A stretch of DNA of 64,000 nucleotides from positions 704,001 to 768,000 of the forward strand of contig CBDAOY010000005.1 of assembly GCA_965198225.1 (NCBI GenBank). The letters are read 5' to 3'. The notes under the pieces are model-generated. The model was not told the DNA's origin, searched no databases, and saw only the letters and a program-made list of their open reading frames with translations. This stretch comes from Terriglobia bacterium. GTDB lineage: Bacteria; Acidobacteriota; Terriglobia; 20CM-2-55-15. Every line of letters starts with the position of its first letter. The first letter of the stretch is position 1. Of this stretch, positions 10,806-21,375 are shown piece by piece. A program made the translations under genes and the position numbers.

Positions 10806-11114
10806 ATCAGCACCTTCCAAGATAAGATTCGGCAAAGATACCGCTTGGGTCGGGTCAAATCAAGGTCACTAGATTATCGGGACACTGCTGGAGTAACGTT
10901 TCAGGCCTGCCGAGCGGGGGCTGGTGTCGCGGGCGGTAGAGGGACGAGGGTCAGAATCAGTCCGACGATGATGTGCATTTGGTACCTGCCATATCAGCAC
11001 CTTCCAAGATAAGATTCGGCAAAGATACCGCTTGGGTCGGGTCAAATCAAGGTCACTAGATTATCGGGACACTGCTGGAGTAACGTTTCAGGCCTGCCGA
11101 GCGGGGGCTGGTGT
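10741..11114. repeat. Tandem direct duplication of about 187 bp
   Basis: 10741-10927 is repeated at 10929-11114 with a 1-bp deletion. Confidence 0.9.
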
Positions 11115-11474
11115 GGTGTAACCCAGGTAGGTGTGTCGGAGTTCGACGATTTCGGAGGTTCGGAAGGGCTTGCGGATGATCTGAACGATTCCGACGTCGG
11201 CGATCGCGTCAGTCTGCGCGTCGCTGAGCGGCTTTCCCGTGACCATGACGACCGGTGTTTCGGCACCCAGATCCCGGATAGCGCGAGCCAGTTCGATGCC
11301 ATCCAGTTGCGGCATGTCGAGATCCGTGATCACGAGGTTGTGCCCCCGGTCCGCGAACGCCCGAATCGCCTCCTGGCCATCTGCAACCAGGTCGACTTCA
11401 CAGTCATCGTTCCTCAAAATCGATGCGATCAACTCTCGGATGTTCGCGTCGTCTTCCGCCACAAGAATGAGCAT
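11088..11474 (-). CDS. Single-domain response regulator (CheY-like receiver)
   Basis: ILVAEDD, TDLDMPQLDG, MVTG, KPF. Confidence 0.92.
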   Translation of the reverse strand: MLILVAEDDANIRELIASILRNDDCEVDLVADGQEAIRAFADRGHNLVITDLDMPQLDGIELARAIRDLGAETPVVMVTGKPLSDAQTDAIADVGIVQIIRKPFRTSEIVELRHTYLGYTTPAPARQA

Positions 11475-11820
11475 CTTGACGCGGGATAATCGCCGATCCG
11501 GCAGACACTGTCAACACGGAATTCGCAATACCTTCAAAAAAGTGAAAATACGCAAAAATTGCAGGAATTCCGGGAGTGAGAATCGCGTGCCCAAACAGGC
11601 AAATGTGGAGTTGGAAAGTCACTTCCCATGAAAGGGAACACGCGTTGACGAGATTTCCGAATAGGCTCGGGTTTTTCGCGTCCAATCTTCCCTTCGATCT
11701 TGGAGTGGCGTGCCTCCTCTTCGGTCAAACACCCGCGCGCCAGCAGTCCAATTTTTCCCACCCGGCACGATTTACCCCTCGGAGAGAATTCAAATGACTG
11801 ATTTCAAAGGCCAGTGCGTT

Positions 11821-11835
11821 TGGCATCGGCCTTGC
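11821..11835 (+). promoter_or_regulatory. Sigma-54 (-24/-12) promoter of the GGDEF gene
   Basis: TGGCATCGGCCTTGC has exact GG-N10-GC spacing, about 30 nt upstream of the start. Confidence 0.7.
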
Positions 11836-11857
11836 GAACAAGATCATCGCCAGAGAC

Positions 11858-12517
11858 ATGGAGGATATGACTGTAATGAGTTTAGCCGGTACAGATGCAG
11901 AGAGAGGCGCTCAGATCCGGCTCGCCGAACTGGAACGTAGGAACCAGCTGCTGGAAGCAGAAGTCCAGCAACTTCGGGTTTACAAGGACTACGCATACAC
12001 CGATGTGCTGACCGAGATCCCGAATCGCCGGTTCTACCACGAGAGGCTTGTCCAGGAGATGGCCCGTGCGCGACGGGGCCAGAATCCACTCGGACTCGCA
12101 CTCCTCGATCTGGATCACTTCAAGGAAGTCAACGACCAGATCGGGCACCGGGCAGGCGACCAGGTTCTGAGATTCTTCTCGCAGTTTCTCCGGGTGAACC
12201 TACGCCAGGAAGACATCCTCTGCAGGATCGGGGGGGACGAGTTTTCCGTGATACTCCCCGATACCAGCGCTGAGCGCGCCGAGATCTTCTTTGAACGGGT
12301 GGTAACCAAACTCGATCGGGTCGATCTTTCCCTTGACGGCCGGGCTAATATCAACCTGTCGTTCAGTTGCGGGATTGCTTCCTTTTCGTCGGATTACACC
12401 CCGGAAGACTTTATCGAACAAGCCGACCATGCTCTGTACATCGCCAAAGGCCGTGGACGGAACCAGGTCGTCACGGCGAGCTTCAGCCAGGTGCTGGTGA
12501 ACAAGTTCGTCAACTGA
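11858..12517 (+). CDS. Diguanylate cyclase (coiled coil + GGDEF)
   Basis: DLDHFKEVND, RQED I-site, GGDEF; alternative start at 11867 follows GGAGGA. Confidence 0.93.
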   Translation: MEDMTVMSLAGTDAERGAQIRLAELERRNQLLEAEVQQLRVYKDYAYTDVLTEIPNRRFYHERLVQEMARARRGQNPLGLALLDLDHFKEVNDQIGHRAGDQVLRFFSQFLRVNLRQEDILCRIGGDEFSVILPDTSAERAEIFFERVVTKLDRVDLSLDGRANINLSFSCGIASFSSDYTPEDFIEQADHALYIAKGRGRNQVVTASFSQVLVNKFVN

Positions 12518-12589
12518 AAACCGCGTATTGAAAAAGCTTGCAGCGGTCCATCCAACCGCTTTTGATTTTCCGTCCAAACAACAACTCTA

Positions 12590-12618
12590 ACGGCGGTCGA
12601 AAGACCGCCGCTTTTTTT
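12590..12618 (+). terminator. Rho-independent terminator
   Basis: CGGCGGTC-GAAA-GACCGCCG stem followed by a T7 run. Confidence 0.85.
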
Positions 12619-12619
12619 G

Positions 12620-14804
12620 GTGCGCCAGGCATGGCGCGCAGCGCCATGAATTGGCGCTGGATAACCGGGGAGCGAAAGCGAACCGGGAAGTGACTAGGAG
12701 GTGAGAGTCCTCTGGGGGCCTTGATGACAGGAACCCTTAGCCGATGTGGCAACTGCGTCCGAGCAATCGGGGGTGGGAAGGAAGCCATAGGCAAAACTCT
12801 GGCCCGAGGCACACGAACCGCATAAGAGGCAGGCGTCAGGTGGGCGAAGAGGCCAACAGATCGGAAGCCCAATGTCATCCGGACCGGGCGTTTGTAGATG
12901 CGGCGGGTAGATGGAGTGAAAGTCACGTGCCTTACCCTGGGAGATCCGTTGTCTTGCTGGGAACAGCTAGAGTCGTCGAGAGGCGGCGCGATGGGGCGGC
13001 GGAAGTCAGCCACGGTCATAGTAGCCCGGCGGAGCCGGGGTGAAGGACCACACATGGAGAAGAGACCGACACGGAGCGTTCGATGCGAAACGGAGACGCA
13101 GACAAGAGGGCTGAGAAGCCGGAACCGAACCGGAAGGATAGCGGCGGAACCGTGACAGATACGGATGAGGGGCGTCAAACTCGCACGGCACGTCACGAGC
13201 AAGTCGGGATCGAGGAGGGAATGCTACTGGAGAAGGTGCTGGAACGGGAAAACGTTCTGGCCGCATACCGACGCGTCAAGGCCAATAGCGGGGCGGCGGG
13301 AATCGACGGGATGACCGTTGAGGACCTGATGCGGCGGAAGTCAGCCACCATAGTAGCCCGGCGGAGCCGGGGTGAAGGACCACACATGGAGAAGAGACCG
13401 ACACGGAGCGTTCGATGCGAAACGGAGACGCAGACAAGAGGGCTGAGAAGCCGGAACCGAACCGGAAGGATAGCGGCGGAACCGTGACAGATACGGATGA
13501 GGGGCGTCGCACGGCAGCAAGTCGGGATCGAGGAGGGAATGCTACTGCTGGAACGGGAAAACGTTCTGGCCGGACGCGGGAATCGACGGGATGACCGTTG
13601 AGGACCTGAGTCTGGACGCGAGTCAAGAACTGCTCGACGAGACGTACCGCCCCCAACCGGTGAGGAAAGTCGATATTCTGAAACCGGACGGAGGGATACG
13701 GACGCTGGGCATTCCGACCGTGATGGACCGGATGATTCAACAGGCTCTGCTTCAGGTTCTCCAACCCCTATGGGATCGGACGTTCTCGGAAGATAGCTAC
13801 GGCTACCGACCGGGACGAAGCGCCCAAAAGGCGGTGGTGCGTGCTCGGGAACACATTCGAGCCGGACATCGCTGGGTGGTGGACCTGGACATCGAGAAGT
13901 TCTTTGATCGCGTCAACCATGACGTGCTGATGGCACGCGTGGCGCGACGAATCAAAGACAAACGGGTGCTTCGATTGATTCGGCGCTATCTACAGGCCGG
14001 ACTGATGGAGGGCGGGCTGGTGTCGCCCCGGGCAGAAGGGACGCCGCAAGGCGGCCCCCTCTCGCCTCTGCTGTCGAACCTGTTGCTGGATGAACTGGAT
14101 CGGGAGTTGGGGAAACGTGGGCACCGCTTCGTTCGTTATGCCGACGATGTGAATGTGTACATTCGCTCCGAGGCAGCGGGTCAGCGGGTCATGGCATCGC
14201 TGGAATGTTTTCTGGACAGGAGACTCCGGCTGAAGGTGAACCGGGCCAAAAGCGCCGTGGCGCGGCCGTGGAAGCGAAAGTTCCTCGGGTACAGTTTCAC
14301 GGCGCATCGCGAGGCCAAACTGAAGGTTTCGGATTCGTCGTTAAAACGACTGAAAATGAGACTTCGGGAGATCACGCGAGCCGGGCGAGGCCGAAGCCTC
14401 GCTCGCACGATCGGAACACTCATTCCCATCATTCGGGGTTGGGTGGCTTACTATCGCTTGGCGGAGGTTCGAGGCAGCTTCGAGCGACTGGATCAGTGGT
14501 TGCGCCGCCGGCTGCGGTCGATCTTGTGGCAGCAGTGGAAGCGGAACCGAACACGATTCCGGGAACTCACTCGACGCGGTATTGCGACCGCTCGGGCTCG
14601 GACCTCGGTTTCCAACGGGCGCGGGCCTTGGTGGAATGCGGGCGCCAGCCATATGAATCAGGCTGTCCCCGCCTCTGCCTTCCGTCGCCTGGGTTTGCAA
14701 TCCTTCTCCGAGGTGCATTCCCGACTTCAATCTTTATGAACCGCCGTATACGGAACCGTACGTACGGTGGTGTGGGAGGCGGGCGTTAAGCCCGCCTACC
14801 CGAT
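12620..14804 (+). mobile_element. Group IIC (class C) intron inserted directly after the terminator
   Basis: 5' GTGCG at 12620; short domain V ACCGCCGTATACGGAACCGTACGTACGGTGG with CGC triad; domain VI ends CCCGAT at 14804. Confidence 0.92.
13083..14739 (+). pseudogene. ltrA: Intron reverse transcriptase/maturase, broken by an internal duplication
   Basis: GAAGIDG, RTLGIPTVMDR, GTPQGGPLSPLL, YADD; ORF split around 13330-13591. Confidence 0.85.
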
Positions 14805-14819
14805 TCTGAGTCCGAACCC

Positions 14820-14972
14820 GGATTTCGGAATCTGCAATTTCCAATCTGGAACTTCCAATGCGGATTCGTACATTGACCAATCTGCAGTGGCTGGACTCTT
14901 CTGCCCGATCGCAAATTGCGATATTTGAAAGAATCCACATTGCAGGTTGCTCATTGCAGATTGCTTCATTTC
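14820..14972. repeat. Short degenerate tandem/inverted intergenic repeats (AATCTGCAAT / ATTGCAGATT)
   Basis: Repeated CAATCTG units mirrored by ATTGCAG units. Confidence 0.5.
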
Positions 14973-15112
14973 ATATTTCCGACCACCCCCCGTGTTCAGT
15001 GTCTCTGCTTATCGAACACCCGGGGACAGGGCCAGGCCCCTGTCCCCCTCACAGTGGCTCTCTCTTGGCTCGTTTCGCGCGAACGGGCGAATCCCTTATA
15101 ATCCCGCACACC

Positions 15113-16852
15113 ATGACTGGATATTTTCTGCCTTGCCGATACGGCGTCCTGCCGGTGCTTCTGCTCAGCCTGGCTCTGCTGCTCTCTTGTGCGCCGCCGG
15201 AAGTCATCCTGTCGACCGACGACGGTGCGGACGGTGCGGTCCTGGAGCCGTTCGAGAACGGGCTCGTCGCTTCGGTCGATCCCATCGCTTCGGGAGTCGG
15301 CCTGGAGATTCTCAGGAAAGGCGGTAACGCGATCGATGCGGCCGTCGCCACGGGTTTTGCTCTGGCCGTCACGCACCCGTCGGCGGGAAACATCGGGGGA
15401 GGCGGGTTCATGATGGTGCGCCTGGCGGAGACCGGCGAGGTTCATGCCGTGGACTACCGTGAGAAAGCCCCCGCAGCGTCCACGCCGCCGATGTTCCTCG
15501 GTGATGATGGGGAGGTCGACCGCGAGAAGTCGGGAGTCGGCTACCTTGTCATCGGCGTTCCGGGTACCGTTCGTGGCTTCTGGGAGGCCAGTCAACGCTT
15601 CGGGACGCTGGAGTGGGCCCAGTTGGTCGAGCCCGCATTAGCACTCGCCCGCGACGGTTTTGTGGTGGATGAATACCTGGCGAATTCGCTGAGGGGGCAG
15701 GAAAGAAACATGGATCGCTTCCCGGAGTTCGGGCTGGCGTACCGCAAGGAAGACGGCTCCTACTACGAGCCGGGAGAGCGCATGGTCCTTTCCGATCTCG
15801 CCTGGACCCTCGAGCAGATTCGGGATAACGGAGCCGACGGGTTCTACCAGGGAGAAGTTGCCGAGCGCCTGGTCAACGACCTCCAGGCAAACGGCGGCAT
15901 CATCACGCTGGATGACCTCGTTTCATACACGGCGCCGATCCGGGAACCGATTCACGGGACCTACAAGGGGTATGACGTCTACGGCATGCCTCCGCCCAGC
16001 TCCGGCGGAACGACCGTCGTCCAGATCCTCAACATGCTGGAGGGCTACGACCTGAGCGCTTGGGGACGCCGCGACCCCGGGACGATCCACCTTCTGGCCG
16101 AAGCGATGCGGATCGGGTTCTACAACCGGGCGAAGTATCTCGGCGACACCGATTTCGTGGACGTCGATGTCACCCGCCTCACTTCGAAGGAATTCGCCGA
16201 ACCCTTCCAGTCACGAATCGACCTGGAAGCGGCCATGGCCAGCCGGGACCTGGGCGACGACATCATCACCCGGGGTGAAGGCACGGAAACCACCCATTTC
16301 TCTGTCGTCGACCGCGCCGGGAACATGGTGGCCAACACCTACACGATCGAACAGGGTTACGGGTCGCGAGTCGTCGCGAAGGGAACCGGGTTCCTCCTGA
16401 ACAACGAGATGCACGACTTCAACATGAATCCCGGTGTGACCGATACGAATGGCATGATCGGGACTCCGCCGAACCTGATCGCGCCGGGCAAACGGATGCT
16501 CAGCTCGATGTCGCCGACCCTGGTACTGCGGGATGGCAATCCGTTCCTGGCAACAGGAAGCCCCGGCGGACGGACGATCATCAACACGGTCCTGCAGGTG
16601 ATCGTCAACGCGATCGACTTCGGTATGGACGTCCAGGCGGCCGTCGACGAACCCCGGATCCATCACCAGTGGATGCCCGACCGCGTGAACATGGAACAGG
16701 CACTCGGCGCGATCGAAGGGGCCATGCAGGGGCGTGGGCACAGGACACGGATGGCGCGACGGCAGGGAGACGCGCATTCGATCATGGTTCTGGACGGACG
16801 GTTATACGCTGGAGTCGACAGACGACTGCGTGGCGGAGCGGCAGGATATTAA
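15113..16852 (+). CDS. ggt: Gamma-glutamyltransferase, probable lipoprotein
   Basis: GGNAIDAAVA, ETTHFSVVD autocleavage Thr, PGKRMLSSMSP, GSPGG; LLSC lipobox; TATAAT at 15097. Confidence 0.93.
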   Translation: MTGYFLPCRYGVLPVLLLSLALLLSCAPPEVILSTDDGADGAVLEPFENGLVASVDPIASGVGLEILRKGGNAIDAAVATGFALAVTHPSAGNIGGGGFMMVRLAETGEVHAVDYREKAPAASTPPMFLGDDGEVDREKSGVGYLVIGVPGTVRGFWEASQRFGTLEWAQLVEPALALARDGFVVDEYLANSLRGQERNMDRFPEFGLAYRKEDGSYYEPGERMVLSDLAWTLEQIRDNGADGFYQGEVAERLVNDLQANGGIITLDDLVSYTAPIREPIHGTYKGYDVYGMPPPSSGGTTVVQILNMLEGYDLSAWGRRDPGTIHLLAEAMRIGFYNRAKYLGDTDFVDVDVTRLTSKEFAEPFQSRIDLEAAMASRDLGDDIITRGEGTETTHFSVVDRAGNMVANTYTIEQGYGSRVVAKGTGFLLNNEMHDFNMNPGVTDTNGMIGTPPNLIAPGKRMLSSMSPTLVLRDGNPFLATGSPGGRTIINTVLQVIVNAIDFGMDVQAAVDEPRIHHQWMPDRVNMEQALGAIEGAMQGRGHRTRMARRQGDAHSIMVLDGRLYAGVDRRLRGGAAGY

Positions 16853-16854
16853 AT

Positions 16855-17036
16855 GTGGGTGCGCTCTATGAGCCCCACAATTGTTCCAGCTTGAGTGAGG
16901 CGTGGGGGGACCGGACCAGCTGTCTTTCTCCACACACCCACGCACTACGAACGGTACCTGAACACTCAAACTTTCGTCGAGAGGGGGACGGTGGGCCCGA
17001 CGCTAATGGACGGTTCCGGTCATAGACCGCACCTAC
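16855..17036. repeat. GTAG-type REP doublet with a long spacer
   Basis: GTGGGTGCGCTCTATGAGCCCCACA ... GGTCATAGACCGCACCTAC. Confidence 0.75.
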
Positions 17037-17039
17037 ACG

Positions 17040-18323
17040 TCAACGCACGACCAGAATCTGTCCGGCGTAGATCGTACTGTTCCGCAGTCCGTTCAGATCC
17101 ATAAGCTCGCGGAGTCCCACCCCGAAACGTCTGGCGATCTCGGACAGCGTATCGCCCCATCGGACGCGGTATCGTCCGTCTGACGGCGCCGCCGCCGGAG
17201 CGCCGGAAACCGAGACCAGCAGAGTCTCGCCGGCAAAGATCACGTCGGTCGGCAGTCCGTTTAGATCCATGAGGCGGTTCACCGACGTTCCATGCCGGTT
17301 TGCGATCCCGCCCAGCGTGTCGCCGTACCGGACCCGGTAGCGGGCGCCGTCGACTCCGGAATCGGCCACCGACCTTCGCCGGGCCACCTGCGTCGGGACG
17401 TTCGAGAAGTCCTCGGGAGGGTCCAGCGCCAGCAGTCCGAAATACTTCTCATAGTTCTGGTAGACGTTCACGGCGGCGACGAACTCCGCGTAGAAGTTCT
17501 TCGACGCATAGCCGAACGACCGGCTCCTGTAGTTGCGGATGATCGTCGGCAGGTCGGATCCATGCCTGGATCGCGCCCGGGCCATACCGGCACGTCCATG
17601 GTTGTACGCGCTGATCGCCAGCGGCCACGATCGGAGTCTCTCGTAGTTGTTCTTGAGCAGGCGTGCGGCCGAACGTGTCGCGATAGCGGGGTTGAGCCGG
17701 TCATCCCGCCCGCGGACGACGCGCATGTAGAGCCGTCCGGTGCTGCTGGTGAACTGCCAGATACCGGCCGCGCCCGCGCTTGAGTACGCACGGTTCTCAA
17801 AAGACGACTCCACGAGGGGCAGCAGCGTGATGAGCGTCGGAACGCCGACCTCTTCGAAGACCTGCTCGAAGTAGGGCAGGTATCTACCCGACTTGATGAT
17901 CCCGGACCGAAAACGCTCCTTGATGCCACGTTGAGCGTGAACTCGCTGGCGAAGGACAGCGATGTTACCCGCCGTCATCTTCACGTCGGTTTCTGCGATG
18001 AGGTCGTAGATCCGACGTTCCTCGGCATTCATCGCCTCCGGCGTGGAGATCTTCCGCCGAATCTGATCAAGCGTCGCCCGGACCGAGCGCATCCTGGACC
18101 GACGTTCCCGTTCTGGCACGACGTCGTAGATCAGGTTGACGCGGAAGTTGTCGTGGATGATGTAGTCGTCTTCGCCGTAGATCGTGAAGACTTTTTCCCA
18201 GAACGCAACGCGGTCTTCAAGACCGGCGGACGGGAATCCGGGTGGGAGTTCCGCGAAGGATGGTGTGGTTGCAGCGATTGAAACGATCAGAAAAAGAAGC
18301 AGCGCGCGAGGGCCAGACTTCAT
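17040..18323 (-). CDS. Lytic murein transglycosylase (MltD-like) with two LysM domains
   Basis: VESSF, SSAGAAGIWQF, AYNHG; two YRVRxGDTL repeats. Confidence 0.92.
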   Translation of the reverse strand: MKSGPRALLLFLIVSIAATTPSFAELPPGFPSAGLEDRVAFWEKVFTIYGEDDYIIHDNFRVNLIYDVVPERERRSRMRSVRATLDQIRRKISTPEAMNAEERRIYDLIAETDVKMTAGNIAVLRQRVHAQRGIKERFRSGIIKSGRYLPYFEQVFEEVGVPTLITLLPLVESSFENRAYSSAGAAGIWQFTSSTGRLYMRVVRGRDDRLNPAIATRSAARLLKNNYERLRSWPLAISAYNHGRAGMARARSRHGSDLPTIIRNYRSRSFGYASKNFYAEFVAAVNVYQNYEKYFGLLALDPPEDFSNVPTQVARRRSVADSGVDGARYRVRYGDTLGGIANRHGTSVNRLMDLNGLPTDVIFAGETLLVSVSGAPAAAPSDGRYRVRWGDTLSEIARRFGVGLRELMDLNGLRNSTIYAGQILVVR

Positions 18324-18420
18324 CAGTCTCAGTCTCCGGTCAGCATCTCCCGGGCGATACGCCGCGCCCGAACACCAAAACTGCATTTTAGCACGGGGAC
18401 ATTGGGGAGAAGTCGTTATT

Positions 18421-18625
18421 CGTAGGCCGTTGGGCCGCTGACGCGGCCGGGATCGTAGGCCGTTATCCGTAGGCCGTTGCGGTTTCGCTAACCGACGATT
18501 CATTGGTGACTGGCGAGAAATATCTCTGTTCTCCGGCAGAGTCGTAGTCGCGCGTCCCACCCTCGTCCGTCATCAGCGAAACTTCGGCAAGCGACACCAC
18601 AACGGCCTACCGGTAACGGCCTACG
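18421..18625. repeat. GTAGGCCGTT-family repeat element
   Basis: Three GTAGGCCGTT units on the left and two AACGGCCTAC on the right; internal GGTGACTGGCGAG shared with the 5249 copy. Confidence 0.75.
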
Positions 18626-18656
18626 AGAAGGATTGCGGTCTGTGACCGCATTCCTC

Positions 18657-20003
18657 CTACAGTTCCCGCATAACCGCCTGAGCGGCGACGTGCAGCGGAT
18701 CCCATAGGCTTCCGTAAGGAGGGGTGTAACCGAGATCGACCTGGGAGAGTTCGTCGACTTTCATGCCGGCGGTGATTGCGGTCGCAGCAACGTCGATACG
18801 CTTCGTGATGTCGCCATAGCCGGCTGCTTGCGCGCCGAGCAGCTTCCGGGTGTCGCGATCCGCGATCAGCTTCACCCAGATCTTCTGGGCGCCGGGGTAG
18901 TAGGCGGCGCGGTCGTAGGCTTCGATTCGGGCCGAAGCAGCGCGGATGCCTTCCTCTGCTGTTTCGTGAGAACTCAACCCCGTGCTGCCTACGGCGAGGT
19001 CGAAGACCTTGAGGACGGTCGTGCCGATCGACCCGCTGAACTTACTCCGCCCGCCGATAAGGTTCTCTCCGGCTACCCGCCCCTGCTTTGCCGCAACCGT
19101 GCCGAGGTAGTAGAGCACAGGTCGGTGTCGCACCTTGCAGTAGGTTTCGGCACAGTTACCAGCCGCAAAAATACTCGGGATGTTGGTTTCCAGGTAGTCG
19201 TCCACCGCGATGGCGCCGGTTGGGCCGGTGCGGAGGCCGGCCGCCTGGCTCAACTCGCTGTTGGGTCGAACGCCGGTGTCGAGTAGAACCATGTCGACCG
19301 GCTGGACGCCAAGGCTGCCAAGAGACTTGACACCGGTCACGTGCTCGCTTTCACCCACCAGGGCCTGAACGCGAGAACCGGTCCGCAGCCCGACGCCGTG
19401 ACGAGCCAGTTCGTATTCGATGATGCGGGCGATGTCGGGATCGACGCTTCCGAGAAGTTGTGGTCGCTGCTCGAAGATCGTGATGTCTTTGCCCACTGTC
19501 CGCAGACTCTCGGCGAGTTCCAGGCCGACGTAGCCGCCACCGACGATGGCGATTCTCTGCGCGTCGGACAAGGCTTCCTGAACCTTGAGAGCGCCTTCGA
19601 GGGTTGTGACAGGGAATACATTGCCGAGATCGGTGCCGGGAATGTCGGGCAGCCGTGGCGTAACGCCAGTTCCGACCAGCAGACGATCAAACCCAAAGCT
19701 CGCGGCCTCGCCCGTGTCGAGGCGCTTGCCGGTAACACGTTTGCGTGCTGGCTCAATCGCCTCGACTCGCATGTTAACGTGTGCGTCGATGTCGCGTTCC
19801 TTCTGGAGAGTCTCGGGAGTAAAGCGGATCAGATCGTCGGAAGGGACAGCCCCGGCAAGGAAGTAAGGAATCCCGCAGGTGCTGTAGGAAATCATCGGGC
19901 CCTGTTCGAGCACGGTGATGCCGACGCGGGGATTCAGACGTCGAGCGCGAGAAGCTGCCGTCATGCCAGCGGCGTTCCCCCCGATGATCAGAATCTTTTC
20001 CAT
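18657..20003 (-). CDS. CoA-disulfide reductase / NADH oxidase family flavoprotein
   Basis: GGNAAG FAD motif, SYSTCG redox Cys, GGGYVGLE, YTPPY. Confidence 0.9.
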   Translation of the reverse strand: MEKILIIGGNAAGMTAASRARRLNPRVGITVLEQGPMISYSTCGIPYFLAGAVPSDDLIRFTPETLQKERDIDAHVNMRVEAIEPARKRVTGKRLDTGEAASFGFDRLLVGTGVTPRLPDIPGTDLGNVFPVTTLEGALKVQEALSDAQRIAIVGGGYVGLELAESLRTVGKDITIFEQRPQLLGSVDPDIARIIEYELARHGVGLRTGSRVQALVGESEHVTGVKSLGSLGVQPVDMVLLDTGVRPNSELSQAAGLRTGPTGAIAVDDYLETNIPSIFAAGNCAETYCKVRHRPVLYYLGTVAAKQGRVAGENLIGGRSKFSGSIGTTVLKVFDLAVGSTGLSSHETAEEGIRAASARIEAYDRAAYYPGAQKIWVKLIADRDTRKLLGAQAAGYGDITKRIDVAATAITAGMKVDELSQVDLGYTPPYGSLWDPLHVAAQAVMREL

Positions 20004-20004
20004 C

Positions 20005-20757
20005 CTAAAAGTACTTTTCTCTTTCAGCTATCCAGGACGATGGATCGTTCGAGCCACGCCGTTCGACGAACACGTGCGTGCGATCGGAAGACACTCGTGC
20101 GCGTAGTCCGGCCTCGACGACGAGGTCGTCGAGCTCCCTCCGCGTGAAACCTGCCCGCACCGATGCTTCGAACACCGACCGGAGTCTTCCGGTGTAATGC
20201 CGGCCGTGGTCGGCGAGGTGACGCGACAACCTCAGGCTTGAGGGCCGGAGCCAGTCGCGGATCAGGATCGCGCCGCTTGGCTTCGTCACGCGATTGATTT
20301 CGACGAGCACTTCCAGGGGGTTCTCGAAACGATGTAGCGCCGCATCCGAGACCATGAGATCGAAGTAGCCGTTTTTTAATTTCATCAGTTGCGGATCCCC
20401 GACCTGGAAGAACATCCGTTCACCAAGCTCCCAGGCGTCGGCTGTGTCGCGCGCTCGCTCCGCAATCTTGCCGACACGCTGCAGTCCGATACCGAAAAGG
20501 TCGTCCTTCTGCCAGAGAATCTTCAGCGGGATCAGACCCAGTTGACTCCCGATATCGAGAACCATCCCGCTGTCGACGCCCAGCGCCAGCGCTCGGTCCA
20601 CAAACTTCCGGTCCTGCTCCGAAAAGTATTCCAGGGCGGCCGCATCGACCCACGCGTCGATCTCTTCGTCGCTGATGGCCGCTTGATTTGCAAGGACCCT
20701 GGCCGGGTGGATCAAGCGCGAGGCGACTCCCGCCAGGGATACACGGGACGCCGTCAT
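20005..20757 (-). CDS. Class I SAM-dependent methyltransferase
   Basis: VLDIGSQLG, FDL, 'EINRVTKPSGAILIRD'. Confidence 0.8.
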   Translation of the reverse strand: MTASRVSLAGVASRLIHPARVLANQAAISDEEIDAWVDAAALEYFSEQDRKFVDRALALGVDSGMVLDIGSQLGLIPLKILWQKDDLFGIGLQRVGKIAERARDTADAWELGERMFFQVGDPQLMKLKNGYFDLMVSDAALHRFENPLEVLVEINRVTKPSGAILIRDWLRPSSLRLSRHLADHGRHYTGRLRSVFEASVRAGFTRRELDDLVVEAGLRARVSSDRTHVFVERRGSNDPSSWIAEREKYF

Positions 20758-20767
20758 GTCGGTAGTT

Positions 20768-21256
20768 TCATTCTTCCTGTGGAGATTCGTCGAGTAGCCC
20801 GATGACCTCGTCGAGAAGCATGTTGTGCTGCGCCATGTACTTCACCTCACGCACGAACGCAAAGAGGTTGGTCACGACTGCGCCGAGTGCGAGAAATGTG
20901 TGGATCCAGGTCGGTATGACGCGCGTGTCGACCCCACCGCCCACGATCCACGCGGCCATCGTGAACAGAATGGCCAGGGTCGCGGGCAGAAACACTTTCG
21001 ATTTGAATTCGCGGGTCCGCTGGATGAAGTCGCCCGACTGCGGGCGTGACGCGACCAGATCCTTGACCTGTTTGCCCATTCCGATGAAGAAAAACATCGA
21101 CATGCTCTGGGCGAGAACCACGATAAATGTCGAGAACATCGCGAACAGAAAATGATCGGACAGGCCCACGCGGCCGTCCATCGCAAACCCCAGATAAAGC
21201 GTGATTACAAGAGAGATGATCCCGAGCAGGGAAGCGGTTAATAGTGCCAATACCAT
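20768..21256 (-). CDS. Hypothetical membrane protein (about 4 TM helices)
   Basis: Four hydrophobic segments; co-oriented with downstream genes. Confidence 0.75.
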   Translation of the reverse strand: MVLALLTASLLGIISLVITLYLGFAMDGRVGLSDHFLFAMFSTFIVVLAQSMSMFFFIGMGKQVKDLVASRPQSGDFIQRTREFKSKVFLPATLAILFTMAAWIVGGGVDTRVIPTWIHTFLALGAVVTNLFAFVREVKYMAQHNMLLDEVIGLLDESPQEE

Positions 21257-21375
21257 GAGCGGGGGAGATTCTACCACGCACCTTTCGGGGCATCGGTTGA
21301 CGCCCTTGCCAGGAACGGACAAGGTTTGTCCGGACCGCAAGATGATGGGTACGCGGACTGGAGCGATTCAAGCAG

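Noticed and set aside
14858-15112. Long N-terminal extensions of ggt, and similarly of the LysM gene (18324-18560)
   Set aside because: They run through intergenic repeats; later starts give proper signal peptides
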